Assembly: GCF_037042905.1 (NCBI RefSeq)
Contig: NC_087245.1
Coordinates: forward strand, 25,050,001-25,114,000
Direction of reading: 5' to 3'
Source: Lytechinus pictus
Lineage: Eukaryota
DNA length: 64,000 nucleotides
Shown here: piece after piece, positions 51,761 through 64,000 of the stretch
Numbering within the stretch: position 1 is the stretch's first letter
Layout: each line of letters starts with the position of its first letter
The notes under the pieces: model-generated
Seen by the model: only the letters and a program-made list of their open reading frames with translations
What the model was told of the DNA's origin: nothing
Database searches by the model: none
Translations under genes and position numbers: made by a program

Positions 51761-52187
51761 GCACTTGAAGTTCTTCACTGGCCCTTGTTCTACTCTCTCA
51801 AACAAAATAATGCAAAATGAAAAGAAAAAACTATTTAATAAAAACCTGATCATATCAAATTGTTCTTTCTGGTATTAAGCAAAGTTGATAGAACTGTTTC
51901 CCATGTAAATATGTCTAGTTACATAAAATCTCAACCTTTTCTTTTCTCCCGTGGACAATCGCTACAATATGATACGTGTTCTTTGTTTAAACAGTGAGGA
52001 TGTCATTGATAATAACATAAAACACATCGGATCTCCTGCAATACGACGCTTCCGTTCATGAAAGTTTACGCTGAACGTAGCTGACTTTTTTCAATCAGCT
52101 ATATTATGATATACATAGTTTCATATACAGTTACAGTTATGATGTAAATATAGTTTCACTATATATATAATATATATAAATATATAT

Positions 52188-52284
52188 AATCATAAATGGT
52201 TTGGTAAATGCCGTAGAAATAAAATCGTAGATTTTAAAAGGAGCATATTTTATTTCTACGGCATTTACCAAACTATTTATGATT
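52188..52284. repeat. Short inverted repeat between TA-rich microsatellites
   Basis: AATCATAAATGGTTTGGTAAATGCCGTAGAAATAAAAT / ATTTTATTTCTACGGCATTTACCAAACTATTTATGATT. Confidence 0.75.
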
Positions 52285-52316
52285 ATTTTATTCCATATGC
52301 CGAAGCAGACTATTTC

Positions 52317-52370
<54 letters not shown>

Positions 52371-55300
52371 TGTATGTGTGTGTGTATATATATATATATA
52401 TAGTTGCTATATGCATATAGTTACATGCGTCTTGTGTATATTTTTGATCGCCTTCTGCCTATTTCAGATGGTTTTTTAACAGTTCTTCAAATCACCATTT
52501 AAAAAAAGATGATGAGAGATACAGGAAGGGCCTATTTCTTTTTATAGAAAAAATCCCAAATAATCTTCTTTTAAATAATAATAATAATAAATTCCACATT
52601 CGCTTTGAATACGATTATCAGTTTTCAAAAGAATTCCAAAAGATTTCCGAATTCAGATTGTCCTATTACTTTGATATCTTTTTTCCCCTCATAATTGAAT
52701 TTTCACTCGAATATTTGTCATCCAAGTTATTGCATAAACATAATCCTTATTTCAATTAACATAAAATTGCTTACCGATTTCATATCCGTTTTACTTTGTG
52801 AAATGAGGCCTTCTCATTGTCGGGGCCATAGCTCGAGTCGAATGATGGGATGGAGGAATATAATGACACTGGATCCTCCAGGAATTGTAAAAATGGTAGA
52901 GTTCCCAGTCTTCTGCGATACCGAAACGGGGAAGAACTAAAACACATGGAATTCAGGAAAAAAAACACGGAAACGGAATTTCATTAGTGAAATCAGCCAT
53001 CAAACCGGAACACAGTGTCTTTATATTATGTTTGCCAGGCTTGATCTGCATAAATAACATTTTCTAAAATTATGCACGAATCACAATTAATGTATCATGA
53101 TGTTTTGCTGAGAGGCACATTTTTTTTAAAGTCTTACAAAAGATTTCCTTGCGTGAGGACTTACTTATACACTGTAGAATAAACGTGTTTAATCTTATCA
53201 TTATTTCTTATCGTTTTTATGTTCTCAATTTCCTTATTCTTTTTTTTTCTTCTTCTTATTGGTATTATCATAATTATCACTATTATCATTTTTATAACGG
53301 TTGTTTTTATTACTGTTTTTATTATTATTACTATTACTATCAATGTTATTATTGATATTATTTTAGTATTATTGTTACTACTATTATCAATTATATTATC
53401 GTCTCAATAACACTTTTACTATATATTACTACTATTGCTATCGTCATCATCATAATCATCAGCAGCATCAGTATTTATCACTACCTTTACCATTACATTC
53501 CATTGATTGACATTAACATAATTATAATCCATGTGATGGCACAAACCACGCATTTGACATATTTATCTTACGTCATTTTTTTCTCCAGTATATACTGTCT
53601 TTCAGTGCAATATTGAAACACTATTTGAAATATATGGTAAATCAGAAACCATACAAGGTATAAAGCATGCATGTACGTTGGTCTATTGAACGCCTAAAAT
53701 GTCAAACAACAACATTACAAATTCGTGTCTAGGCCTACTCAAAGTACAAGCGAAAGCGTCCAATCAGAAAATTTCAACCATTATAAAGGACTCTGACTGA
53801 AAATTGATCCTTGTTGGTTGTATCTATTCTTTCTACACCCCCAGCCTCCTCCCTCAACTCCTGTATGTTTTCTTTTTATGTTTAATGCGCATTCAGATCA
53901 TATTTTTATCGCTCACTATATATCGCATAGGCTATATACATGGATACTACTTATATTCGTTTTCTACTGATACATGCAGAATATTGTTATTATATTTCGA
54001 ACCATTATCATGAATTCATAATTATCAGTCATCCAAATGCAACACCTATTCATTTTGTATACTTTAAAAAAAATAAGTTCATTTGATATGGTTAGGATGA
54101 TTTGCACCGTGGTTCTTTCTACCAAGGCTGTACGCAGATTTTTTTCCTGCTGGGGGGGGGGGGGGGCAAGACGCATAAAACTTAAAAGCGAGGAAGCGAA
54201 AATAAATGATTTCGTGCACATATTTGGTGAAAGAAAGAAAGAGAAACCTAGTGGGAAAGAAGAAATTATTGTATATTGTATTGTGCTATGTTATATTATA
54301 CTTAATAATATGACATAAATATTTTTTTCAGAATTTTATGAAACATAATTTGCTTAGGGCCTATGTGTTAATCATTTCTGGTGCTCGCATTGTCTGTTAA
54401 ATGAGATAAATAATCATGTTCAAGGGGATTAAGTACTTAAGTACTAAAACATCCCGTTTTCAAGTCAATATATACCAAATATATTTCCTCGCACTTCGAG
54501 TTTTATCATTTCATATAATGACATGCGATTCTTTTTCATGAGTACTTAAAGTGATTGCCCCCATTTAAGGTCTAAATAAAAAAATTCAGTCCGTGCTAAC
54601 GTTCACATTAGTGGTTTTGTGAGATATGTCTGCTCTTCACGAATTCCTATAAACATTCCTTAAAATGACTCTTGGTCTGAATATCAAAAATTTGTGCTCG
54701 CGCTCGCATCATTTGGTCAGGTGAAATACGTAGGCCTTTGATATTAATGAATTTCTACAAACAAGCCTTAGAATACCCCTTTTCAGGCCTAAATATCAAC
54801 AATTTTCAGCTCGCGCTTCGCGCTCGCAATATTTGAGTTGTGAGATAGTATCATGTTCATGATTACAATGACTACAAAACTGAATTCCTTAAAATTCCTT
54901 AAAATGTCCCTGTTTGGGTTCAATATATAAAAAGAATCAGCTTGTGCTTTGCGATCGCATTGTTTATTTAGTGAGACAGGTACTTATCATGATTACAAAA
55001 ATGTGCTTACAGTGTCCCTATTTTAGGTCTGAAAATCAAAAGATTTCAGCTCGCGCTTCGCACTCTTTCATCGGTGCGATACAAAATTATCATCTTAATG
55101 GCACAGTCCTTAAAATGTCACTATTACTATACCTGGCTATTGAGCGCGCTTCGCGTGCCCACTAAGTGACTCAAAATTGTTGCTGGTGCCCCTCCCCCAT
55201 GTCATAACCCACGGTATGCCACCGATTAATAATGTATTGCGGTACGTGCCTGATGGCAACATTGCCTCACATTGTTTCACATAGATACGCTGTAATCCAC

Positions 55301-57044
55301 TGCGATCCTATTAAAGACATGAATCGTTATAGAGATACCCGGTAGATATTATACCAGGGGCCCCGGAACGGGTTTGAAAGGGAAGAGGGAACATGCAGAA
55401 AATCAAAATCAGATGGTAATTTTTATTCTTTTGCACACGGTTTTGGAAAATAATGGAGTAGCTGAAACCCCCAGCCCCGGTTCCGCGGCTGTTATATTTA
55501 ATGATATACTCGTGGTTTGGGCATGGTCTGAGTAAGCTTGTGAATAGTATGGGTCAAATCGTAAATCTTGTGTGAGATGGGGAAACAGTTCTTTGAGGCG
55601 GTCTGAAACCACTTAACGTCTTGATCTTTTAAACCTAAATTTCTTCTTTATCATTGAATGGGCTGAAACATTGTACCTTGATAATATCAAATCCATACCT
55701 TTTTTTTAGATAAGTGTTTAAAGGGTCATTTTTAACGAATGAAATATAAATATTTATATGAATATTTCCGAAAGAGGGCGCTAGATACACAAATAATTAA
55801 ATTTCAAATTTACACAAAGAATCAGCCGTCGATATCCACTACAGATTGCGCGATGATGGATAACAGTAATTTACTGAAGCTTTTGTTATGTAGCTGTCGG
55901 ATCTATTGCACATTTATTTTCAACCAGTCTCAAATGAAGACAAAGCAATACAAGATGTACATTTCATAATAAAGTGTACACATTCATTGAAGATGGTTAT
56001 AACTTGATGATGAATAACACAGCAGTAAGTCCAATGGTGGCTATACTCTGAAGATGAAGATAAAATAAACTTTGCAAACTAATGAACCCTAAAATGTAAA
56101 ACTTTTCTCTAAAAGCTTGGAGATGAAAAAATAGATTTTTCTCTATCAGCTACATATAAAGAGGTGCTGGCACATTGAAGCCTATCCCCTCAGATGGCTG
56201 CCGAATTCACCCACCCATTTTCCGTATGGCGGCTTTTTATGGGAAAATCTATTGAGGCCAAATCCATTGAGGCCAAGTGTTTCTGTTATATAGCAAGCTA
56301 ATTTCATTGTCTAAAAACCACTTGGATACGAAAGAGTAGGTTTTTCTCTCTTGGCTACATAATAAGAAGTGCTGATATATCGAAGCCTATTCCTTCAGGT
56401 GGCTGCCGAAGTCACCCACCCAATTATTAAGCTCCTCTCACTTATCCCTGAAATGAGAGTGGAATCAGATTCAAACGTTTCTGCGCAAATCGTTTCTGAC
56501 ATGCCTCGATATTTATTGTTTGTAATCTGCCATGCGTAAACGACTTGCTAAGCTGTTGGTTTCAAATGAGGGGTAAGATTTCACTTCTCTTACCATGAGT
56601 ATCAACTTAATAGTAAAAAAATATTTAATAATGGTGAAATTTATATCTGAAAACGACTTTCCTATTTTGTGGGAAGCACTGTATATAAGCAGCTTGTTCA
56701 ATGACATCATTATAATCAGATCAGAACTCAGATTTTCACGCCAGTCTTCATGACAGAGTATTATTCACTTCTATGTGAAATACAGAATTAACTTCTGTGG
56801 AATTATTTGCACACCATCAATAAACTGTTTCCAATTTTGAGGGAGGAATTCTCAGTTCTCATCGAGATCATCAACCTGTTCTAGTGAACATTTTTCAACC
56901 CATGGACTACTGAAATCAACTGTTTACCAATTACCATCATCCACTTCGTCTTCACGGACATTTCAACCCACTACAGTGAATGTAATTATTCATTGTGTTT
57001 TAACATCAATTTCTTCATCGCCCACATTGTAGACTCTAACTTAA

Positions 57045-57626
57045 AGGAAAATGAAACCTTTGAAACAAGATAGACTGTGTTAAGCATAAAAATCAAAGAA
57101 ACAGATCAACAAACGTGTGAGAAAATTGAATAAATGATAAGAAAGTTATGAGCATTTGAAGTTTAGATCATTATCATAATGTAGATCCTCCAGTTGTCAA
57201 TGCGACAAAGATGTGGGATGTCACTTGTGAACAACTTTCCCATTACTTTTCTTTATATTTCACTTAAACTGCCTCTTTTATCACATCTATCAGTATATCA
57301 TGTATTCTTTCTATAAGAGGGCATGTAATACGGATTTTTTTAAATACATTATGGATAAAGAAGTTTGTATCACTATAAGAAAGAGCAAAAAATGACATTT
57401 TACGGGTATTTTATAGTCCCTCACAGGGAAAGTTGTTCACATGTGACATCACATATCTTTGTCGCATTGCCGATGGGAGGATCTCCATAGCATTAGTGAT
57501 CGCAATATTCAAATGCTCATAACTTTCTCATTATTTGACCGATTTCTCTCAAACTTTCTTTGATCTTATTCTTTGATTTTTTTCTCTTTCCACACAAACC
57601 CACTTGTTCCAAAGGTTTCATTCCCT
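57045..57626. mobile_element. Kolobok-like non-autonomous element (TTAA TSD)
   Basis: TTAA|AGGAAAATGAAACCTTTGAAACAAG ... CTTGTTCCAAAGGTTTCATTCCCT|TTAA, with long imperfect internal inverted arms. Confidence 0.85.
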
Positions 57627-57989
57627 TTAAAGAACTCCTTGCCAGCTAAATCGGATAATTTGGACTATCATAATTTAGGATTACTCAGAACTGACTCTTC
57701 AAGATATGTCAGATACTTTTTAAAATTTTGTTTAGTGTATGATTTATTTCCTGTAAATAAAGAAATGAATCAAATTTATAATCAATCTAACTTGTTAATT
57801 GTTGCAGTATCGCAAAACCATTCAATCAAATCTCTATCCATTCTTGAAAGTTCTACCCATTCAGTACTTTAAAGCTCTTTTTTCTCTCTCTTTTATCTCT
57901 CTCTCTCCACCTACCATCCATCTCACTCGTTCTCTGCGTTCTCTGTCTCGCGTTTTGCGCGAGTGCTTTCGTCATTCTATAAGATGACG

Positions 57990-58197
57990 AAGTATGACGT
58001 GCAATCTAATTATGGGGAAGACCGAAAAGTTTGTTTCCTGTATGATATAAAAGGCAACTACGTAAAGCATTTAAAATACATTTTATTCATTTCTCACATG
58101 GGGATGACTGCTGGCGAGACGAGAGCATCCTGGATCTGAAGCTAACCTTTATCACATCATTTACCCTTTTTGTCTCGCGTATCACCAATCTGTAAAG
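57990..58197 (+). promoter_or_regulatory. Candidate TATA promoter and short first exon for the downstream unknown gene
   Basis: TGACGT 57995-58000, TTCCTGT 58035-58041, TATAAAA 58046-58052, donor AAAG|GTAAAA at 58197/58198. Confidence 0.4.
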
Positions 58198-61119
58198 GTA
58201 AAAGGATTTTTCACTTCTCTGATATATTAGTTATTTTACATTTTATCGCTTAGTTCGTTTGCTTGCTTGCCTTTATTTATGCATTCAAATGATTGTGCAA
58301 TACGTGTATGCAAAATCAGAAAGCATGTACTCGTAATATAAATAATACAAAAGAAAGATGTAAAGTACACACTGTAATTTTCTTGAGAGAAATGTGCAAT
58401 TGATAGGCGCAGGACATTGCCATTGGAGATTGAAATTGTTGACGGCCTCGTGGTATTTTTTTGATCTCGTGTCATCTAACTTCTAAAATTTATTTTGCTA
58501 TGATAATGGTGACTGATGTAATCATAACTCGGTGATTGTAATATAAATTAGTTTGTAAACTCACATTTTATTGAACAGTATACATGTTTTAATTATCCAT
58601 GGGCGACAATTCACTACGTGTTTAACCGTTCTTAAATTAATTTATAACCGGGAGACACTCGAATTTGAAAGGGGTATGGGTGCACGGTCCCAAATTCTGA
58701 AACCATATATACCCTCAACATCTGAAATTTAACGTAAAATGGGGATCTTCTAGAACTGTTGTAATTTTTTTATTGAGATGTACATCTTGTTCATGATTAC
58801 AAAGTTGTTCAGAATGTGCTATCTTCGGGTCTAAATACATGAAATATCTAAAAGTTTGAGCTCGCGCTTATTTATTTAGGCCTGATAGAACTCATTATCA
58901 TGTTTATGAGGATAAAGTCAAGATGTACTTAAAATTTAGTATTTAGTTAGCATGGATAGATTTACCCCCTTTAGATAAACAACAAAAGTCACCTTTTTGT
59001 GGCCGATCGAGGAAAGATATTTTTCGGCTCCCCTTATTGCCAAAAGAAGCTGGATCCGCCCATGAAATTAATGAGGATAAGTATGTATTCACTCGTTGGC
59101 TTGGCACTGCCTTCACAATCTCAATGACAGATATTATCATTGTGAATATACAATTTGATCTATTGTAAGTCGAAATGAGGTATCTATGAGAAGCTTTTTT
59201 TTTTTTTTTTTTTAACTAAACCCAAACAATCCCAGATAATTGATATTTGCAAGGAGCTGAATAGTATTTCTTCAAATAGTTGATATGGGTGCGTACCAAT
59301 TGGTGATCAGAAAATGACATGCTTTCATAAAATAAACATTAGCAAATTGCTTTTCTTTGATTTATCAATCTCTTCTTTCAAACATACTCTTTTCTGGGAA
59401 TGAAATGATGATTGTGAGTGAACGGGTTGTGTAGGTAAGAAAGTGAATAGTCAGAATAAGTAAGTACATCATCCGACATAATTATCATATTTTACTCGAA
59501 TTTATATATAAATTCGTTTATTGTTACGTTTTTAGATAACGTTTGTTTTTTACTTACTTGCTTTACGTATACAAACATGTTAAATGTGTTTCTTAAAGTA
59601 GGGAGCTTCTCAATCAGGCCCCCGGGTCAGGCCCGCGAGACTACTATTTTTTTTTCTCTCTTCTTTATCACTTATACGCCACAACATTAAACATGCCTCA
59701 ATATGTGTCCATGCGACCGTAATACCTCTGTCACATTTACTCGAACATTTTTTGTTCAAGCTATACATAAGTGGTTTGAATAAAAATGAATAAAACGGCT
59801 GTTTTCGACTCGCCGTACGGTCGCCATAGAACAAATGTGACCGAGGTATTAGAAAGGAAATGAAAGTTAAATTGATTTGCACAAGTTGTTTCATCTGGGA
59901 ATCACTCCTTTTTTGGCCAATGTTTAAGCAACGCGTTGCTACAGACAGTGCAACATTTTCTACTGAAAGTGACACACATGGGGAAAGATTTATCAGTCTA
60001 CCACCGGTAAACATATTGGGAGGGGGGGGGGGCTTGAGGGCCCTGGAACCTCGAAATAATCACGACCAAGTTAAAACAAATATGTCAACGGAAAAAATAG
60101 AAAGGGTAAAATGCGATTTTTATCTTCTGAATTTTTATGCCCATCACAAAACTAGATGTATGTATTAAAAAGGGCACAAAATTGAGCTCGTTCGCTTTGA
60201 TCACTTGCAGAATTTTCGAACTTTTTCCCCACGCGCCATGTCTGCCCCCCTCAAAATGTATGGCTCATTACGCCACTGGAGTCCACAGCAGGCCTGGTAT
60301 ACAACTGTACTTTGAATACCAAACTATTTATACTTACTTACATTTGTCTCCTCAGTTCCTGGTATGTGTTAAAACTGATAAAAGTATAATTTTCATTAAT
60401 ATCCTCTATAAAGAAGTACACTTTTTTCTTAATAAAATATTGAAACTCTTTGTATTCTAGAATCTTGTGTCATTTCTCCTGTGTTTCATATAAAAAAATG
60501 TTATGATTTTTTTACAAAATACTCCCAACATAATTGCCAAATTGCATTAGAAAATATCATGAACCTCCCTGAGCTTTCAGGCCGCAAGGATCTTTGCGCT
60601 TCGCGCTCATGTTGTGCTCAAAGCGCAAAAATGAATAAACTTTGCGCTTTCCACACTATGTTTATTTTATGTAAATCTCTCAGTTCACTCAGCTCTGACC
60701 CTTTCAGGTTATATTGGAGTCCCATCTGGCCCTTCAGGGAAAAATGTGGAGAAAATTTGGGGGAAAATCACAAAATCAACACATGATGGCAGTAATAATT
60801 CTATATGTTTTTTAATGAGTTCATGATCATATTTATCATGGTTTTTTTTTCATTTGAATGTGTTTATAGAGCAACTTGATATCAAATTAATTGACAATTA
60901 TACTGATTTTCACCAACTTAATGGATAACACTCGCTGTCAAGGCAAATAAACGTCGCTTATTTTCTAAAAAAAAAGAAAAGAAAAAAGGAGACTCAATGA
61001 CCGGGTTGAGAAAATATGAATGTTCATCTCATGTAGCAGTATTTTCCTAATTTTTTAATCTGCTATATCAGCAACAGGGGCTCATCAGAAAAAAGTACAT
61101 CAACGACCCCCCCCCCCTT

Positions 61120-61438
61120 GGTTCTTTTACAAGTCGCGTTTAATGTAAACTCAGGTTTAAAATTGTGGTTTAACTATGGATAGCCAATAGTAGCATAAAT
61201 CCCCAAAAGTTTAGTTTCATTGTGTCAGCTCATTTTTCTCTCAAAATCATTCTTAACTGTTTCGGAAGGATAAATAAGATAGCTTTCTTCACCATTCTCG
61301 GGTTGGGCTAGAGCACAGTTAACATAAGAAACATAGGCCTACAATGTAAGGAAAATTTTGACATTTTTGGGCTTTCCATAATTTTAGCACAGAGTTTACA
61401 GACCATGGTCTAAGTTAAACCTGACTTCAGAAACGGCC
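61120..61438. mobile_element. MITE, divergent copy of the 26365-26666 family
   Basis: TTTTAGCACAGAGTT.AGACCATGGTCTAAGTTAAACCTGACTTCAGAA matches the reverse complement of the left arm of 26365-26666. Confidence 0.75.
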
Positions 61439-61543
61439 ATAGACATCGCGCCGCCAACATCGTTATGTTTGGATGTTGCTCTAGATTGATTATATTTTTT
61501 TCTCCACTTTTGTTTGCCTATTCCTTGTAGACGAAACCCTGAA

Positions 61544-62284
61544 ATGGCGGAGAAAGGTGTAATTTTGGGAAGCAGTGAAACCAATGCCAGCCCAGTACCG
61601 AGGAAAGTCCTATGTTCAGGTCTGAACAATGAGTGTTTCGATCAACATGTACCAACAATCAATGTCACTCCGTCAGTGTTTGTACATAGTGGGCATGACG
61701 TGCCATCATGCATTTCTGATTGCAAATGGCTCCAGGACTGTTACTACACGAGCATAGGGATATCCCAAACCATTACTCAAGAATCTGATTATGAAAGAAA
61801 ACCCGTAGATCTTCAAGAAGATGGCAATCTGCTCGAAGCGCAAAACTATGGCTTCAAGAAAATCAAGTCTCGTCTACAACATGTACAAGGGATTCCAGAG
61901 GGAAATAAACTTGACTTGATGAGAACGAAATCCACGCCCATACCCATTTTTAATTCATCGTCTCCTCCGTCCAAAGACAAGCAGTTTATAGGTTGGTCGA
62001 AGAGCCCTGGTAGGCAGGGATTTCTATTTTCGGAATCAGATTCTTGTTTGTATTCAACATCACTGCAAAAACGAAGTAAATGTGGAACATTGGAAAGGGT
62101 CGCTTCCGCCGATCAACCGCTTGTTTCTCACTCTCACTTCCCTGCTGGGAGTAAAGAGCAACATTATCTTCAAACAAGCTCTGCGATGAGTCCTATGATG
62201 TACAACGCTATGAACGCGGTGGATTCCAAGACGTCGCCCATGATGAAATCGAACGTAAAATTGGCCTGGACCTCACCCAATTAG
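61544..62284 (+). CDS. Uncharacterised Ser/Pro-rich protein (246 aa as read; C-terminus uncertain)
   Basis: Polypyrimidine tract plus TAG acceptor at 61529-61530, AAAATGG start context, 741-nt ORF with coding-like composition in an AT-rich background; no family recognised. Confidence 0.6.
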   Translation: MAEKGVILGSSETNASPVPRKVLCSGLNNECFDQHVPTINVTPSVFVHSGHDVPSCISDCKWLQDCYYTSIGISQTITQESDYERKPVDLQEDGNLLEAQNYGFKKIKSRLQHVQGIPEGNKLDLMRTKSTPIPIFNSSSPPSKDKQFIGWSKSPGRQGFLFSESDSCLYSTSLQKRSKCGTLERVASADQPLVSHSHFPAGSKEQHYLQTSSAMSPMMYNAMNAVDSKTSPMMKSNVKLAWTSPN

Positions 62285-64000
62285 AACTTGGATGGACTTC
62301 GGAAGATCGGACAGGATTTCGAAATCAGCCAACTAGGACGTTACCAGCGACAACCCAAGACGGTACCAACATGACTAAGCCAGAAGGACTCCGTATCGTG
62401 TCCCGCGATTGTCCTCGCTCAATTTGATGAAACCCAGTTCTATAGTCAACAAGGGAATAATATTGATAATAAGGACGTTGAAAATGATAATATTGATGAA
62501 TAATGATAATATTAATAATAACAATAAAATTAATAATATTCATCATAATAACATTAATAATAATGATAATGCTAATAATAGGACGAATGATATTCATGGT
62601 AATGATAATAATGATACTAATAATATGCATTTTACATAGCGCCATTTCTTAGGCGCACTGTTATTATCTCGAGTTGCCGATTCCCGACCAGTGATCAGTA
62701 CACCGGGATGTTCACTTTATGGATTAATACGAGTATGCTGTTTCAGAAATGTCATTCCATCCTGAAATTGATTTTGGGGTGGGGTGTGGGGCTGCCTTTC
62801 TCATCACCTGGTCTGTCCCATCAAGTTTCGAGAGATTGCTACCATAATTTGATTTGACACCAACAATCATCTCTTGCCAACGGAGGATGGCGTTGGTTGT
62901 TTGCAGAACAAGTATATATAGGAAGACCATAAGAAGCGACGATGGTACGAAATACAAAATGGATTGTTTTCCTTCCTTCACTGTATTACTGCCACCCAAT
63001 ACGGTATTAAAGGGGGCATATGTCTGCGCTCCCCAAAAAATGTTACTTACGATAGAACATGAATTTCTTTTAAAATCCACAAAATTTTCATATGATATCG
63101 TTCCTCATATTCTAAAGAGTACGTGTGCCAAACATCTCATGAAAAACGAGGGAAATGGTATGATCTTCTTGAAAAATAAAACCAGCGACCGTATCTATAT
63201 CATGAAATTTGTGAATTACCCATATTGTAATCGAGGTTAATCCCATCTTATAGACCCGTTTGTGAATTTGTCTTTCAGCGCTTTGTTTCACAAAACATTA
63301 ATAACTCTATAACTTAACTCGCTCGCTCTCTCCTTAAAAAGGGGAGTTCACTCTGATTATAAACTACATGTAGTTTAAACAAGAAGGAAAAAATAGAAAA
63401 CAATATAGATAGAATTAGATTTTTGTGATACTGCTCCATAGGAATTACATGAATCACAAAACCAATTAATACTTGAATAATTGAAAAAAATCAAATAATA
63501 TCTATATTTGCATTGTACTTATTCTAATTAAAAATAACGTATACGGCATTTTGATCTACGATCATTGAAATCTTTATAATACTGCTTCATAAGAATTATA
63601 TAAATCACAAAACCAACAAACCAATTGATACTTGAATAATTGAATAATCAATTAATATCTATATTTGCATTGTACTTAAAAACGTATAAGGCATTTTGTA
63701 TGTAATCCCAACGGTATTGTAAGCCTATTTCAGTTTGTCTATGTGCATACGTATTTGTAATTTTGTGAACCCGATGTGAAAGGAATTTCCTACAACACTG
63801 TACAAAGGACAATAAATACATTCCATTCACTTCATTTTATTGATTAACAGACGAAATAATGTTGTGCAAGAAGTGACAGCATTGTCTACTCTCTCCGAGT
63901 TAGAGGATGCCCATTTTGACCAAGATGTTGGCCTAGTTCTTCAAACTAACAGTGACAGGTTATACAGGAATAAATCAGAGGCGTTGGGAGGGTAGATGAG

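Noticed and set aside
62285..62374. BH3-like LRKIGQDFE after the orphan ORF stop
   Set aside because: Lies behind a TAG and lacks the invariant Asp directly after Gly; insufficient to call a BH3-only protein
62854..63240. 128-aa ORF downstream of the orphan gene
   Set aside because: Non-ATG start, no recognisable motif, no convincing splice context

Overview
AT-rich, intron-containing animal DNA, most likely a sea urchin (echinoid; repeat content suggests Lytechinus, by inference). No prokaryotic systems (CRISPR, operons) are present. I reconstructed three spliced genes by hand with consistent GT-AG phases. (1) The 5' part of CAND1 (minus strand, 8 coding exons, 10904 to 1091, continuing off the left edge). 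(2) A complete T-brain/Eomes-family T-box gene, tbr (plus strand, 6 exons, 15648-29930, 911 aa), head-to-head with CAND1. (3) A complete SLCO/OATP organic anion transporter (minus strand, 10 coding exons, 47381-35764, 677 aa), tail-to-tail with tbr. A fourth, unrecognised plus-strand ORF (61544-62284) has a candidate TATA promoter and a non-coding first exon near 58.0-58.2 kb. Introns and spacers are full of mobile DNA: an intact LINE ORF1 5' end, L2/CR1/RTE 3' fragments, tRNA-derived SINEs, a truncated Harbinger transposon with a nested MITE, and hAT-, P-, Kolobok- and CACT-ended non-autonomous elements with readable TSDs. The most notable observations are a Penelope-type hammerhead-ribozyme-like motif between (TA)n tracts in tbr intron 1, Hairy/HesC-type, Ets and T-box-like site clusters at the tbr promoter, a TIR element with an unusual 6-bp TSD, and an apparent -1 frame continuation of the orphan ORF.
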